This document shows positions 44,201 through 59,200 of a stretch of DNA of 64,000 nt, one piece after another. How positions within the stretch are numbered: the first letter of the stretch is position 1; each line of letters opens with the position of its first letter. Position numbers and translations under genes: made by a program. This stretch comes from the human T2T-CHM13v2.0 reference genome, Homo sapiens, in the NCBI RefSeq assembly GCF_009914755.1, contig NC_060939.1. The stretch is one strand, 5' to 3'. The notes under the pieces were generated by a model. The model saw only the letters and a program-made list of their open reading frames with translations. It had not been told where the DNA came from and did no database searches.

Positions 44201-45472
44201 TCGATTCCATTCCACTCGATTCCACTTCGTTCCATTTCATTGCATTCCATTCTATTCAACTCTATTGCCTTCCATTCCATTCCATTCGATTACATTCCAT
44301 GCGATTCCATTCGAAATCGAATCAATTACATTGCAATCCATTACTATTGAGTCCGTTTTATTCCAGTCCACTGCATTCTGGTCCATTCCATTTGATTCCA
44401 TTCCATTCTATTCCATTCCATACAGTTGCATTCCATTGGATTCCTTGCTATATCTATAAATTCAATTCGAGACCATTGCTTTTGAGTCCATTCTATATGA
44501 TTCCATTCCATTCAAGTCCATTACATTTGGTTAAATTCCATTCCATTCGGTTCAATTCCATTCCATTCCATTCCCTTCCATTCCATTCCAGTTGATATCA
44601 ATCCATTCGATTCCATTCCATTCGAGCACATTCCATTCGAGTCCATTCCATTCGATGCCATTCCATTTGATTCTATTCCATTAGTCTCCATTCAATTCCA
44701 TTAATCTCCATTCCATTCCATTCTACTCCAACTGATTCCATTCCATTCTATTCCTTTCCATTCCATTTCATTCCATTCCATTCCATTCCATTCCATTCCA
44801 TTCCATTCGTGTCCATTCCACTCCAGTCCATTCCATTCGTATCCATTCCATTCCAGTCCATTCCATTTGTGTCCACTGCATTCCATTCCACTCCATTCCA
44901 TATTATTCCATTACACTCCATTCCATTCTATTACTTTCATTTCCATTCAATTCCATTCCATTTGATTCCATTCCACTCGGTTTCATTCCATTTGAGTCCA
45001 CTCCATTCCATTCCATTCCATTCAGTTCCATTCCATTCTGTTCCATTCCATTCCGTTCCATTACATTCCATTCCATTCGGTACCATTCCATATTGTTCCA
45101 TTCGATTCCATTCGAATCCATTCCATTCCAGTCCATTCCATTCGATTCCATTCCATTCATTTCAATTCCATTCCATTCCATTCCATTCCATTCCACTTGA
45201 TTCCTCTCCATTCCCTTCCACTGCATTCCGTTCGATTCCATTCCATTGCATTGCATTCCATTCCATTGGATTGCATTCCATTCGATTCCATTCCATTCGA
45301 ATCAATTACATAGCAATCCATTACATTCGAGTCTATTCTCTTCCGTTCCATTCAATTTCGTTCCAATCCATTCGATTCCATTCCATTCGATTCCATTCCA
45401 TACTATTGCATTCCATTCGATTACATTATATTCGAATAAGTTCCATTCAAGACCATTTCTTTTGAGTCCATT
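29263..45472 (+). repeat. 3-unit (~5.4 kb) higher-order repeat x3 with superimposed 6-unit (~10.8 kb) period
   Basis: The triplet [20-bp-deleted unit][GTTCTATTCC and +1 C unit][CATATCGAT unit] occurs at U17-19, U20-22 and U23-25. U17 and U23 (offset 10810) share TGATTGCATT and ATTCTATACAG. Confidence 0.8.
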
Positions 45473-48400
45473 CTATTTGAGTCCATTCCCTTTGATTCCA
45501 TAACATTTGAGTCCATTCAATTCCATTCCTTTCGTTTCCATTCCATTTGATGCCATTCCATTCAATTCTGTTCTACTCGACTCCAATACATTCAATTCCA
45601 TTCCATCCGATTCCATTACATTCTTTTCATTTCTTATCCATTTCAAGCCATTCCACTCCATTCCATTCCACTCGTTTCCTTTCCATTCGAGTCCATTCCT
45701 CTCCAGTCCATTCCGTTCAATCCATTCCATTCCAGTCCATTCCATTCGAGTCCGTTCCATTCCAGTCCATTCCATTCGAGTCAATTCCATTCCATTCGAT
45801 GTCTTTCCATAACGATCCATTCCATTCTATTCCTTTCGATTCCATTCCATTCTATTTCATTCCATTCGATTCCCTTCCATTGGACTCCTTTCCATTCGAG
45901 TGCCTTCCATTCCGTTCCATTTCTTTCCGTTCTGTACGATTCCTACCGTTCGATTTCATTTTGTTCCAGTCCATTCCTTTCGCGTCCATTCCATTCCATT
46001 TCACTCCATTCGATTCCATTCCACTCGATTCCACTTCGTTCCATTTCATTGCATTCCATTCTATTCAACTCTATTGCCTTCCATTCCATTCCATTCGATT
46101 ACATTCCATGCGATTCCATTCGAAATCGAATCAATTACATTGCAAACCATTACTATTGAGTCCGTTTTATTCCAGTCCACTGCATTCTGGTCCATTCCAT
46201 TTGATTCCATTCCATTCTATTCCATTCCATACAGTTGCATTCCATTGGATTCCATGCTATATCTATAAATTCAATTCGAGACCATTGCTTTTGAGTCCAT
46301 TCTATATGATTCCATTCCATTCAAGTCCATTACATTTGGTTAAATTCCATTCCATTCGGTTCAATTCCATTCCATTCCATTCCCTTCCATTCCATTCCAG
46401 TTGATATCAATCCATTCGATTCCATTCCATTCGAGCACATTCCATTCGAGTCCATTCCATTCGATGCCATTCCATTTGATTCTATTCCATTAGTCTCCAT
46501 TCAATTCCATTAATCTCCATTCCATTCCATTCTACTCCAACTGATTCCATTCCATTCTATTCCTTTCCATTTCATTCCATTCCATTCCATTCCATTCCAT
46601 TCCATTCGTGTCCATTCCACTCCAGTCCATTCCATTCGTATCCATTCCATTCCAGTCCATTCCATTTGTGTCCACTGCATTCCATTCCACTCCATTCCAT
46701 ATTATTCCATTACACTCCATTCCATTCTATTACTTTCATTTCCATTCAATTCCATTCCATTTGATTCCATTCCACTCAGTTTCATTCCATTTGAGTCCAC
46801 TCCATTCCATTCCATTCCATTCAGTTCCATTCCATTCTGTTCCATTCCATTCCGTTCCATTACATTCCATTCCATTCGGTACCATTCCATATTGTTCCAT
46901 TCGATTCCATTCGAATCCATTCCATTCCAGTCCATTCCATTCGATTCCATTCCATTCATTTCAATTCCATTCCATTCCATTCCATTACATTCCACTTGAT
47001 TCCTCTCCATTCCCTTCCACTGCATTCCGTTCGATTCCATTCCATTGCATTGCATTCCATTCCATTGGATTGCATTCCATTCGATTCCATTCCATTCGAA
47101 TCAATTACATAGCAATCCATTACATTCGAGTCTATTCTCTTCCGTTCCATTCGATTTCGTTCCAATCCATTCGATTCCATTCCATTCGATTCCATTCCAT
47201 ACTATTGCATTCCATTCGATTACATTATATTCGAATAAGTTCCATTCAAGACCATTTCTTTTGAGTCCATTCTATTTGAGTCCATTCCCTTTGATTCCAT
47301 AACATTTGAGTCCATTCAATTCCATTCCTTTCGTTTCCATTCCATTTGATGCCATTCCATTTAATTCTGTTCTACTCGACTCCAATACATTCAATTCCAT
47401 TCCATCCGATTCCATTACATTCTTTTCATTTCTTATCCATTTCAAGCCATTCCACTCCATTCCATTCCACTCGTTTCCTTTCCATTCGAGTCCATTCCTC
47501 TCCAGTCCATTCCGTTCAATCCATTCCATTCCAGTCCATTCCATTCGAGTCCGTTCCATTCCAGTCCATTCCATTCGAGTCAATTCCATTCCATTCGGTG
47601 TCTTTCCATAACGATCCATTCCATTCTATTCCTTTCGATTCCATTCCATTCTATTTCATTCCATTTGATTCCCTTCCATTGGACTCCTTTCCATTCGAGT
47701 GCATTCCATTCCGTTCCATTTCTTTCCGTTCTGTACGATTCCTACCGTTCGATTTCATTTTGTTCCAGTCCATTCTTTCGCGTCCATTCCATTCCATTTC
47801 ACTCCATTCGATTCCATTCCACTCGATTCCACTTCGTTCCATTTCATTGCATTCCATTCTATTCAACTCTATTGCCTTCCATTCCATTCCATTCGATTAC
47901 ATTCCATGCGATTCCATTCGAAATCGAATCAATTACATTGCAATCCATTACTATTGAGTCCGTTTTATTCCAGTCCACTGCATTCTGGTCCATTCCATTT
48001 GATTCCATTCCATTCTATTCCATTCCATACAGTTGCATTCCATTGGATTCCATGCTATATCTATAAATTCAATTCGAGACCATTGCTTTTGAGTCCATTC
48101 TATATGATTCCATTCCATTCAAGTCCATTACATTTGGTTAAATTCCATTCCATTCCATTCCCTTCCATTCCATTCCAGTTGATATCAATCCATTCGATTC
48201 CATTCCATTCGAGCACATTCCATTCGAGTCCATTCCATTCGATGCCATTCCATTTGATTCTATTCCATTAGTCTCCATTCAATTCCATTAATCTCCATTC
48301 CATTCCATTCTACTCCAACTGATTCCATTCCATTCTATTCCTTTCCATTCCATTTCATTCCATTCCATTCCATTCCATTCCATTCCATTCCATTCCATTC

Positions 48401-51400
48401 GTGTCCATTCCACTCCAGTCCATTCCATTCGTATCCATTCCATTCCAGTCCATTCCATTTGTGTCCACTGCATTCCATTCCACTCCATTCCATATTATTC
48501 CATTACACTCCATTCCATTCTATTACTTTCATTTCCATTCAATTCCATTCCATTTGATTCCATTCCACTCGGTTTCATTCCATTTGAGTCCACTCCATTC
48601 CATTCCATTCCATTCAGTTCCATTCCATTCTGTTCCATTCCATTCCGTTCCATTACATTCCATTCCATTCGGTACCATTCCATATTGTTCCATTCGATTC
48701 CATTCGAATCCATTCCATTCCAGTCCATTCCATTCGATTCCATTCCATTCATTTCAATTCCGTTCCATTCCATTCCATTACATTCCACTTGATTCCTCTC
48801 CATTCCCTTCCACTGCATTCCGTTCGATTCCATTCCATTGCATTGCATTCCATTCCATTGGATTGCATTCCATTCGATTCCATTCCATTCGAATCAATTA
48901 CATAGCAATCCATTACATTCGAGTCTATTCTCTTCCGTTCCATTCGATTTCGTTCCAATCCATTCGATTCCATTCCATTCGATTCCATTCCATACTATTG
49001 CATTCCATTCGATTACATTATATTCGAATAAGTTCCATTCAAGACCATTTCTTTTGAGTCCATTCTATTTGAGTCCATTCCCTTTGATTCCATAACATTT
49101 GAGTCCATTCAATTCCATTCCTTTCGTTTCCATTCCATTTGATGCCATTCCATTCAATTCTGTTCTACTCGACTCCAATACATTCAATTCCATTCCATCC
49201 GATTCCATTACATTCTTTTCATTTCTTATCCATTTCAAGCCATTCCACTCCATTCCATTCCACTCGTTTCCTTTCCATTCGAGTCCATTCCTCTCCAGTC
49301 CATTCCGTTCAATCCATTCCATTCCAGTCCATTCCATTCGAGTCCGTTCTATTCCAGTCCATTCCATTCGAGTCAATTCCATTCCATTCGATGTCTTTCC
49401 ATAACGATCCATTCCATTCTATTCCTTTCGATTCCATTCCATTCTATTTCATTCCATTCGATTCCCTTCCATTGGACTCCTTTCCATTCGAGTGCATTCC
49501 ATTCCGTTCCATTTCTTTCCGTTCTGTACGATTCCTACCGTTCGATTTCATTTTGTTCCAGTCCATTCCTTTCGCGTCCATTCCATTCCATTTCACTCCA
49601 TTCGATTCCATTCCACTCGATTCCACTTCGTTCCATTTCATTGCATTCCATTCTATTCAACTCTATTGCCTTCCATTCCATTCCATTCGATTACATTCCA
49701 TGCGATTCCATTCGAAATCGAATCAATTACATTGCAAACCATTACTATTGAGTCCGTTTTATTCCAGTCCACTGCATTCTGGTCCATTCCATTTGATTCC
49801 ATTCCATTCTATTCCATTCCATACAGTTGCATTCCATTGGATTCCATGCTATATCTATAAATTCAATTCGAGACCATTGCTTTTGAGTCCATTCTATATG
49901 ATTCCATTCCATTCAAGTCCATTACATTTGGTTAAATTCCATTCCATTCGGTTCAATTCCATTCCATTCCATTCCCTTCCATTCCATTCCAGTTGATATC
50001 AATCCATTCGATTCCATTCCATTCGAGCACATTCCATTCGAGTCCATTCCATTCGATGCCATTCCATTTGATTCTATTCCATTAGTCTCCATTCAATTCC
50101 ATTAATCTCCATTCCATTCCATTCTACTCCAACTGATTCCATTCCATTCTATTCCTTTCCATTCCATTCCATTCCATTCCATTCCATTCCATTCCATTCC
50201 ATTCGTGTCCATTCCACTCCAGTCCATTCCATTCGTATCCATTCCATTCCAGTCCATTCCATTTGTGTCCACTGCATTCCATTCCACTCCATTCCATATT
50301 ATTCCATTACACTCCATTCCATTCTATTACTTTCATTTCCATTCAATTCCATTCCATTTGATTCCATTCCACTCAGTTTCATTCCATTTGAGTCCACTCC
50401 ATTCCATTCCATTCCATTCAGTTCCATTCCATTCTGTTCCATTCCATTCCGTTCCATTACATTCCATTCCATTCGGTACCATTCCATATTGTTCCATTCG
50501 ATTCCATTCGAATCCATTCCATTCCAGTCCATTCCATTCGATTCCATTCCATTCATTTCAATTCCATTCCATTCCATTCCATTACATTCCACTTGATTCC
50601 TCTCCATTCCCTTCCACTGCATTCCGTTCGATTCCATTCCATTGCATTGCATTCCATTCCATTGGATTGCATTCCATTCGATTCCATTCCATTCGAATCA
50701 ATTACATACCAATCCATTACATTCGAGTCTATTCTCTTCCGTTCCATTCGATTTCGTTCCAATCCATTCGATTCCATTCCATTCGATTCCATTCCATACT
50801 ATTGCATTCCATTCGATTACATTATATTCGAATAAGTTCCATTCAAGACCATTTCTTTTGAGTCCATTCTATTTGAGTCCATTCCCTTTGATTCCATAAC
50901 ATTTGAGTCCATTCAATTCCATTCCTTTCGTTTCCATTCCATTTGATGCCATTCCATTTAATTCTGTTCTACTCGACTCCAATACATTCAATTCCATTCC
51001 ATCCGATTCCATTACATTCTTTTCATTTCTTATCCATTTCAAGCCATTCCACTCCATTCCATTCCACTCGTTTCCTTTCCATTCGAGTCCATTCCTCTCC
51101 AGTCCATTCCGTTCAATCCATTCCATTCCAGTCCATTCCATTCGAGTCCGTTCCATTCCAGTCCATTCCATTCGAGTCAATTCCATTCCATTCGGTGTCT
51201 TTCCATATCGATCCATTCCATTCTATTCCTTTCGATTCCATTCCATTCTATTTCATTCCATTCGATTCCCTTCCATTGGACTCCTTTCCATTCGAGTGCA
51301 TTCCATTCCGTTCCATTTCTTTCCGTTCTGTACGATTCCTACCGTTCGATTTCATTTTGTTCCAGTCCATTCTTTCGCGTCCATTCCATTCCATTTCACT

Positions 51401-54400
51401 CCATTCGATTCCATTCCACTCGATTCCACTTCGTTCCATTTCATTGCATTCCATTCTATTCAACTCTATTGCCTTCCATTCCATTCCATTCGATTACATT
51501 CCATGCGATTCCATTCGAAATCGAATCAATTACATTGCAATCCATTACTATTGAGTCCGTTTTATTCCAGTCCACTGCATTCTGGTCCATTCCATTTGAT
51601 TCCATTCCATTCTATTCCATTCCATACAGTTGCATTCCATTGGATTCCTTGCTATATCTATAAATTCAATTCGAGACCATTGCTTTTGAGTCCATTCTAT
51701 ATGATTCCATTCCATTCAAGTCCATTACATTTGGTTAAATTCCATTCCATTCGGTTCAATTCCATTCCATTCCATTCCCTTCCATTCCATTCCAGTTGAT
51801 ATCAATCCATTCGATTCCATTCCATTCGAGCACATTCCATTCGAGTCCATTCCATTCGATGCCATTCCATTTGATTCTATTCCATTAGTCTCCATTCAAT
51901 TCCATTAATCTCCATTCCATTCCATTCTACTCCAACTGATTCCATTCCATTCTATTCCTTTCCATTCCATTTCATTCCATTCCATTCCATTCCATTCCAT
52001 TCCATTCCATTCGTGTCCATTCCACTCCAGTCCATTCCATTCGTATCCATTCCATTCCAGTCCATTCCATTTGTGTCCACTGCATTCCATTCCACTCCAT
52101 TCCATATTATTCCATTACACTCCATTCCATTCTATTACTTTCATTTCCATTCAATTCCATTCCATTTGATTCCATTCCACTCGGTTTCATTCCATTTGAG
52201 TCCACTCCATTCCATTCCATTCCATTCAGTTCCATTCCATTCTGTTCCATTCCATTCCGTTCCATTACATTCCATTCCATTCGGTACCATTCCATATTGT
52301 TCCATTCGATTCCATTCGAATCCATTCCATTCCAGTCCATTCCATTCGATTCCATTCCATTCATTTCAATTCCATTCCATTCCATTCCATTACATTCCAC
52401 TTGATTCCTCTCCATTCCCTTCCACTGCATTCCGTTCGATTCCATTCCATTGCATTGCATTCCATTCCATTGGATTGCATTCCATTCGATTCCATTCCAT
52501 TCGAATCAATTACATAGCAATCCATTACATTCGAGTCTATTCTCTTCCGTTCCATTCAATTTCGTTCCAATCCATTCGATTCCATTCCATTCGATTCCAT
52601 TCCATACTATTGCATTCCATTCGATTACATTATATTCGAATAAGTTCCATTCAAGACCATTTCTTTTGAGTCCATTCTATTTGAGTCCATTCCCTTTGAT
52701 TCCATAACATTTGAGTCCATTCAATTCCATTCCTTTCGTTTCCATTCCATTTGATGCCATTCCATTCAATTCTGTTCTACTCGACTCCAATACATTCAAT
52801 TCCATTCCATCCGATTCCATTACATTCTTTTCATTTCTTATCCATTTCAAGCCATTCCACTCCATTCCATTCCACTCGTTTCCTTTCCATTCGAGTCCAT
52901 TCCTCTCCAGTCCATTCCGTTCAATCCATTCCATTCCAGTCCATTCCATTCGAGTCCGTTCCATTCCAGTCCATTCCATTCGAGTCAATTCCATTCCATT
53001 CGATGTCTTTCCATAACGATCCATTCCATTCTATTCCTTTCGATTCCATTCCATTCTATTTCATTCCATTCGATTCCCTTCCATTGGACTCCTTTCCATT
53101 CGAGTGCCTTCCATTCCGTTCCATTTCTTTCCGTTCTGTACGATTCCTACCGTTCGATTTCATTTTGTTCCAGTCCATTCCTTTCGCGTCCATTCCATTC
53201 CATTTCACTCCATTCGATTCCATTCCACTCGATTCCACTTCGTTCCATTTCATTGCATTCCATTCTATTCAACTCTATTGCCTTCCATTCCATTCCATTC
53301 GATTACATTCCATGCGATTCCATTCGAAATCGAATCAATTACATTGCAAACCATTACTATTGAGTCCGTTTTATTCCAGTCCACTGCATTCTGGTCCATT
53401 CCATTTGATTCCATTCCATTCTATTCCATTCCATACAGTTGCATTCCATTGGATTCCATGCTATATCTATAAATTCAATTCGAGACCATTGCTTTTGAGT
53501 CCATTCTATATGATTCCATTCCATTCAAGTCCATTACATTTGGTTCAATTCCATTCCATTCGGTTCAATTCCATTCCATTCCATTCCCTTCCATTCCATT
53601 CCAGTTGATATCAATCCATTCGATTCCATTCCATTCGAGCACATTCCATTCGAGTCCATTCCATTCGATGCCATTCCATTTGATTCTATTCCATTAGTCT
53701 CCATTCAATTCCATTAATCTCCATTCCATTCCATTCTACTCCAACTGATTCCATTCCATTCTATTCCTTTCCATTTCATTCCATTCCATTCCATTCCATT
53801 CGTGTCCATTCCACTCCAGTCCATTCCATTCGTATCCATTCCATTCCAGTCCATTCCATTTGTGTCCACTGCATTCCATTCCACTCCATTCCATATTATT
53901 CCATTACACTCCATTCCATTCTATTACTTTCATTTCCATTCAATTCCATTCCATTTGATTCCATTCCACTCAGTTTCATTCCATTTGAGTCCACTCCATT
54001 CCATTCCATTCCATTCAGTTCCATTCCATTCTGTTCCATTCCATTCCCTTCCATTACATTCCATTCCATTCGGTACCATTCCATATTGTTCCATTCGATT
54101 CCATTCGAATCCATTCCATTCCAGTCCATTCCATTCGATTCCATTCCATTCATTTCAATTCCATTCCATTCCATTCCATTACATTCCACTTGATTCCTCT
54201 CCATTCCCTTCCACTGCATTCCGTTCGATTCCATTCCATTGCATTGCATTCCATTCCATTGGATTGCATTCCATTCGATTCCATTCCATTCGAATCAATT
54301 ACATAGCAATCCATTACATTCGAGTCTATTCTCTTCCGTTCCATTCGATTTCGTTCCAATCCATTCGATTCCATTCCATTCGATTCCATTCCATACTATT

Positions 54401-56278
54401 GCATTCCATTCGATTACATTATATTCGAATAAGTTCCATTCAAGACCATTTCTTTTGAGTCCATTCTATTTGAGTCCATTCCCTTTGATTCCATAACATT
54501 TGAGTCCATTCAATTCCATTCCTTTCGTTTCCATTCCATTTGATGCCATTCCATTTAATTCTGTTCTACTCGACTCCAATACATTCAATTCCATTCCATC
54601 CGATTCCATTACATTCTTTTCATTTCTTATCCATTTCAAGCCATTCCACTCCATTCCATTCCACTCGTTTCCTTTCCATTCGAGTCCATTCCTCTCCAGT
54701 CCATTCCGTTCAATCCATTCCATTCCAGTCCATTCCATTCGAGTCCGTTCCATTCCAGTCCATTCCATTCGAGTCAATTCCATTCCATTCGGTGTCTTTC
54801 CATAACGATCCATTCCATTCTATTCCTTTCGATTCCATTCCATTCTATTTCATTCCATTCGATTCCCTTCCATTGGACTCCTTTCCATTCGAGTGCATTC
54901 CATTCCGTTCCATTTCTTTCCGTTCTGTACGATTCCTACCGTTCGATTTCATTTTGTTCCAGTCCATTCTTTCGCGTCCATTCCATTCCATTTCACTCCA
55001 TTCGATTCCATTCCACTCGATTCCACTTCGTTCCATTTCATTGCATTCCATTCTATTCAACTCTATTGCCTTCCATTCCATTCCATTCGATTACATTCCA
55101 TGCGATTCCATTCGAAATCGAATCAATTACATTGCAATCCATTACTATTGAGTCCGTTTTATTCCAGTCCACTGCATTCTGGTCCATTCCATTTGATTCC
55201 ATTCCATTCTATTCCATTCCATACAGTTGCATTCCATTGGATTCCATGCTATATCTATAAATTCAATTCGAGACCATTGCTTTTGAGTCCATTCTATATG
55301 ATTCCATTCCATTCAAGTCCATTACATTTGGTTAAATTCCATTCCATTCGGTTCAATTCCATTCCATTCCATTCCCTTCCATTCCATTCCAGTTGATATC
55401 AATCCATTCGATTCCATTCCATTCGAGCACATTCCATTCGAGTCCATTCCATTCGATGCCATTCCATTTGATTCTATTCCATTAGTCTCCATTCAATTCC
55501 ATTAATCTCCATTCCATTCCATTCTACTCCAACTGATTCCATTCCATTCTATTCCTTTCCATTCCATTTCATTCCATTCCATTCCATTCCATTCCATTCC
55601 ATTCCATTCGTGTCCATTCCACTCCAGTCCATTCCATTCGTATCCATTCCATTCCAGTCCATTCCATTTGTGTCCACTGCATTCCATTCCACTCCATTCC
55701 ATATTATTCCATTACACTCCATTCCATTCTATTACTTTCATTTCCATTCAATTCCATTCCATTTGATTCCATTCCACTCGGTTTCATTCCATTCGAGTCC
55801 ACTCCATTCCATTCCATTCCATTCCATTCAGTTCCATTCCATTCTGTTCCATTCCATTCCGTTCCATTACATTCCATTCCATTCGGTACCATTCCATATT
55901 GTTCCATTCGATTCCATTCGAATCCATTCCATTCCAGTCCATTCCATTCGATTCCATTCCATTCATTTCAATTCCATTCCATTCCATTCCATTACATTCC
56001 ACTTGATTCCTCTCCATTCCCTTCCACTGCATTCCGTTCGATTCCATTCCATTGCATTGCATTCCATTCCATTGGATTGCATTCCATTCGATTCCATTCC
56101 ATTCGTATCAATTACATAGCAATCCATTACATTCGAGTCTATTCTCTTCCGTTCCATTCGATTTCGTTCCAATCCATTCGATTCCATTCCATTCGATTCC
56201 ATTCCATACTATTGCATTCCATTCGATTACATTATATTCGAATAAGTTCCATTCAAGACCATTTCTTTTGAGTCCATT
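41861..56278 (+). repeat. 4-unit higher-order repeat, period ~7204 bp
   Basis: U24/U28, U25/U29 and U26/U30 anchors are all 7204 apart. Shared private variants: TTCAATTTCG (45354/52558), GAGTGCCTTCC (~45904/~53108) and CCTTTCCATTTCATT. Confidence 0.8.
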
Positions 56279-59200
56279 CTATTTGAGTCCATTCCCTTTG
56301 ATTCCATAACATTTGAGTCCATTCAATTCCATTCCTTTCGTTTCCATTCCATTTGATGCCATTCCATTCAATTCTGTTCTACTCGACTCCAATACATTCA
56401 ATTCCATTCCATCCGATTCCATTACATTCTTTTCATTTCTTATCCATTTCAAGCCATTCCACTCCATTCCATTCCACTCGTTTCCTTTCCATTCGAGTCC
56501 ATTCCTCTCCAGTCCATTCCGTTCAATCCATTCCATTCCAGTCCATTCCATTCGAGTCCGTTCCATTCCAGTCCATTCCATTCGAGTCAATTCCATTCCA
56601 TTCGATGTCTTTCCATAACGATCCATTGCATTCTATTCCTTTCGATTCCATTCCATTCTATTTCATTCCATTCGATTCCCTTCCATTGGACTCCTTTCCA
56701 TTCGAGTGCATTCCATTCCGTTCCATTTCTTTCCGTTCTGTACGATTCCTACCGTTCGATTTCATTTTGTTCCAGTCCATTCTTTCGCGTCCATTCATTC
56801 CATTTCACTCCATTCGATTCCATTCCACTCGATTCCACTTCGTTCCATTTCATTGCATTCCATTCTATTCAACTCTATTGCCTTCCATTCCATTCCATTC
56901 GATTACATTCCATGCGATTCCATTCGAAATCGAATCAATTACATTGCAATCCATTACTATTGAGTCCGATTTATTCCAGTCCACTGCATTCTGGTCCATT
57001 CCATTTGATTCCATTCCATTCTATTCCATTCCATACAGTTGCATTCCATTGGATTCCATGCTATATCTATAAATTCAATTCGAGACCATTGCTTTTGAGT
57101 CCATTCTATATGATTCCATTCCATTCAAGTCCATTACATTTGGTTCAATTCCATTCCATTCCATTCCCTTTCATTCCATTCCATTTGATATCAATCCATT
57201 CGATTCCATTCCATTCGAGCACATTCCATTCGAGTCCATTCCATTCGATGCCATTCCATTTGATTCTATTCCATTAGTCTCCATTCAATTCCATTAATCT
57301 CCATTCCATTCCATTCTACTCCAACTGATTCCATTCCATTCTATTCCTTTCCATTCCATTTCATTCCATTCCATTCCATTTCATTCCATTCCATTCCATT
57401 CGTGTCCATTCCACTCCAGTCCATTCCATTCGTGTCCATTCCATTCCAGTCCATTCCATTTGTGTCCACTGCATTCCATTCCACTCCATTCCATATTATT
57501 CCATTACACTCCATTCCATTCTATTACTTTCATTTCCATTCAATTCCATTCCATTTGATTCCATTCCACTCGGTTTCATTCCATTTGAGTCCACTCCATT
57601 CCATTCCATTAAATTCCATTCAGTTCCATTCCATTCCGTTCCATTCCATTCCATTCCATTCCTGTCCATTCCACTCCAGTCCATTCCATTCGTATCCATT
57701 CCATTCCAGTCCATTCCATTTGTGTCCACTGCATTCCATTCCACTCCATTCCATATTATTCCATTACACTCCATTCCATTCTATTACTTTCATTTCCATT
57801 CAATTCCATTCCATTTGATTCCATTCCACTCGGTTTCATTCCATTTGAGTCCACTCCATTCCATTCCATTCCATTCAGTTCCATTCCATTCTGTTCCATT
57901 CCATTCCGTTCCATTACATTCCATTCCATTCGGTACCATTCCATATTGTTCCATTCGATTCCATTCGAATCCATTCCATTCCAGTCCATTCCATTCGATT
58001 CCATTCCATTCATTTCAATTCCATTCCATTCCATTCCATTACATTCCACTTGATTCCTCTCCATTCCCTTCCACTGCATTCCGTTCGATTCCATTCCATT
58101 GCATTGCATTCCATTCCATTGGATTGCATTCCATTCGATTCCATTCCATTCGTATCAATTACATAGCAATCCATTACATTCGAGTCTATTCTCTTCCGTT
58201 CCATTCGATTTCGTTCCAATCCATTCGATTCCATTCCATTCGATTCCATTCCATACTATTGCATTCCATTCGATTACATTATATTCGAATAAGTTCCATT
58301 CAAGACCATTTCTTTTGAGTCCATTCTATTTGAGTCCATTCCCTTTGATTCCATAACATTTGAGTCCATTCAATTCCATTCCTTTCGTTTCCATTCCATT
58401 TGATGCCATTCCATTCAATTCTGTTCTACTCGACTCCAATACATTCAATTCCATTCCATCCGATTCCATTACATTCTTTTCATTTCTTATCCATTTCAAG
58501 CCATTCCACTCCATTCCATTCCACTCGTTTCCTTTCCATTCGAGTCCATTCCTCTCCAGTCCATTCCGTTCAATCCATTCCATTCCAGTCCATTCCATTC
58601 GAGTCCGTTCCATTCCAGTCCATTCCATTCGAGTCAATTCCATTCCATTCGATGTCTTTCCATAACGATCCATTGCATTCTATTCCTTTCGATTCCATTC
58701 CATTCTATTTCATTCCATTCGATTCCCTTCCATTGGACTCCTTTCCATTCGAGTGCATTCCATTCCGTTCCATTTCTTTCCGTTCTGTACGATTCCTACC
58801 GTTCGATTTCATTTTGTTCCAGTCCATTCTTTCGCGTCCATTCATTCCATTTCACTCCATTCGATTCCATTCCACTCGATTCCACTTCGTTCCATTTCAT
58901 TGCATTCCATTCTATTCAACTCTATTGCCTTCCATTCCATTCCATTCGATTACATTCCATGCGATTCCATTCGAAATCGAATCAATTACATTGCAATCCA
59001 TTACTATTGAGTCCGATTTATTCCAGTCCACTGCATTCTGGTCCATTCCATTTGATTCCATTCCATTCTATTCCATTCCATACAGTTGCATTCCATTGGA
59101 TTCCATGCTATATCTATAAATTCAATTCGAGACCATTGCTTTTGAGTCCATTCTATATGATTCCATTCCATTCAAGTCCATTACATTTGGTTCAATTCCA

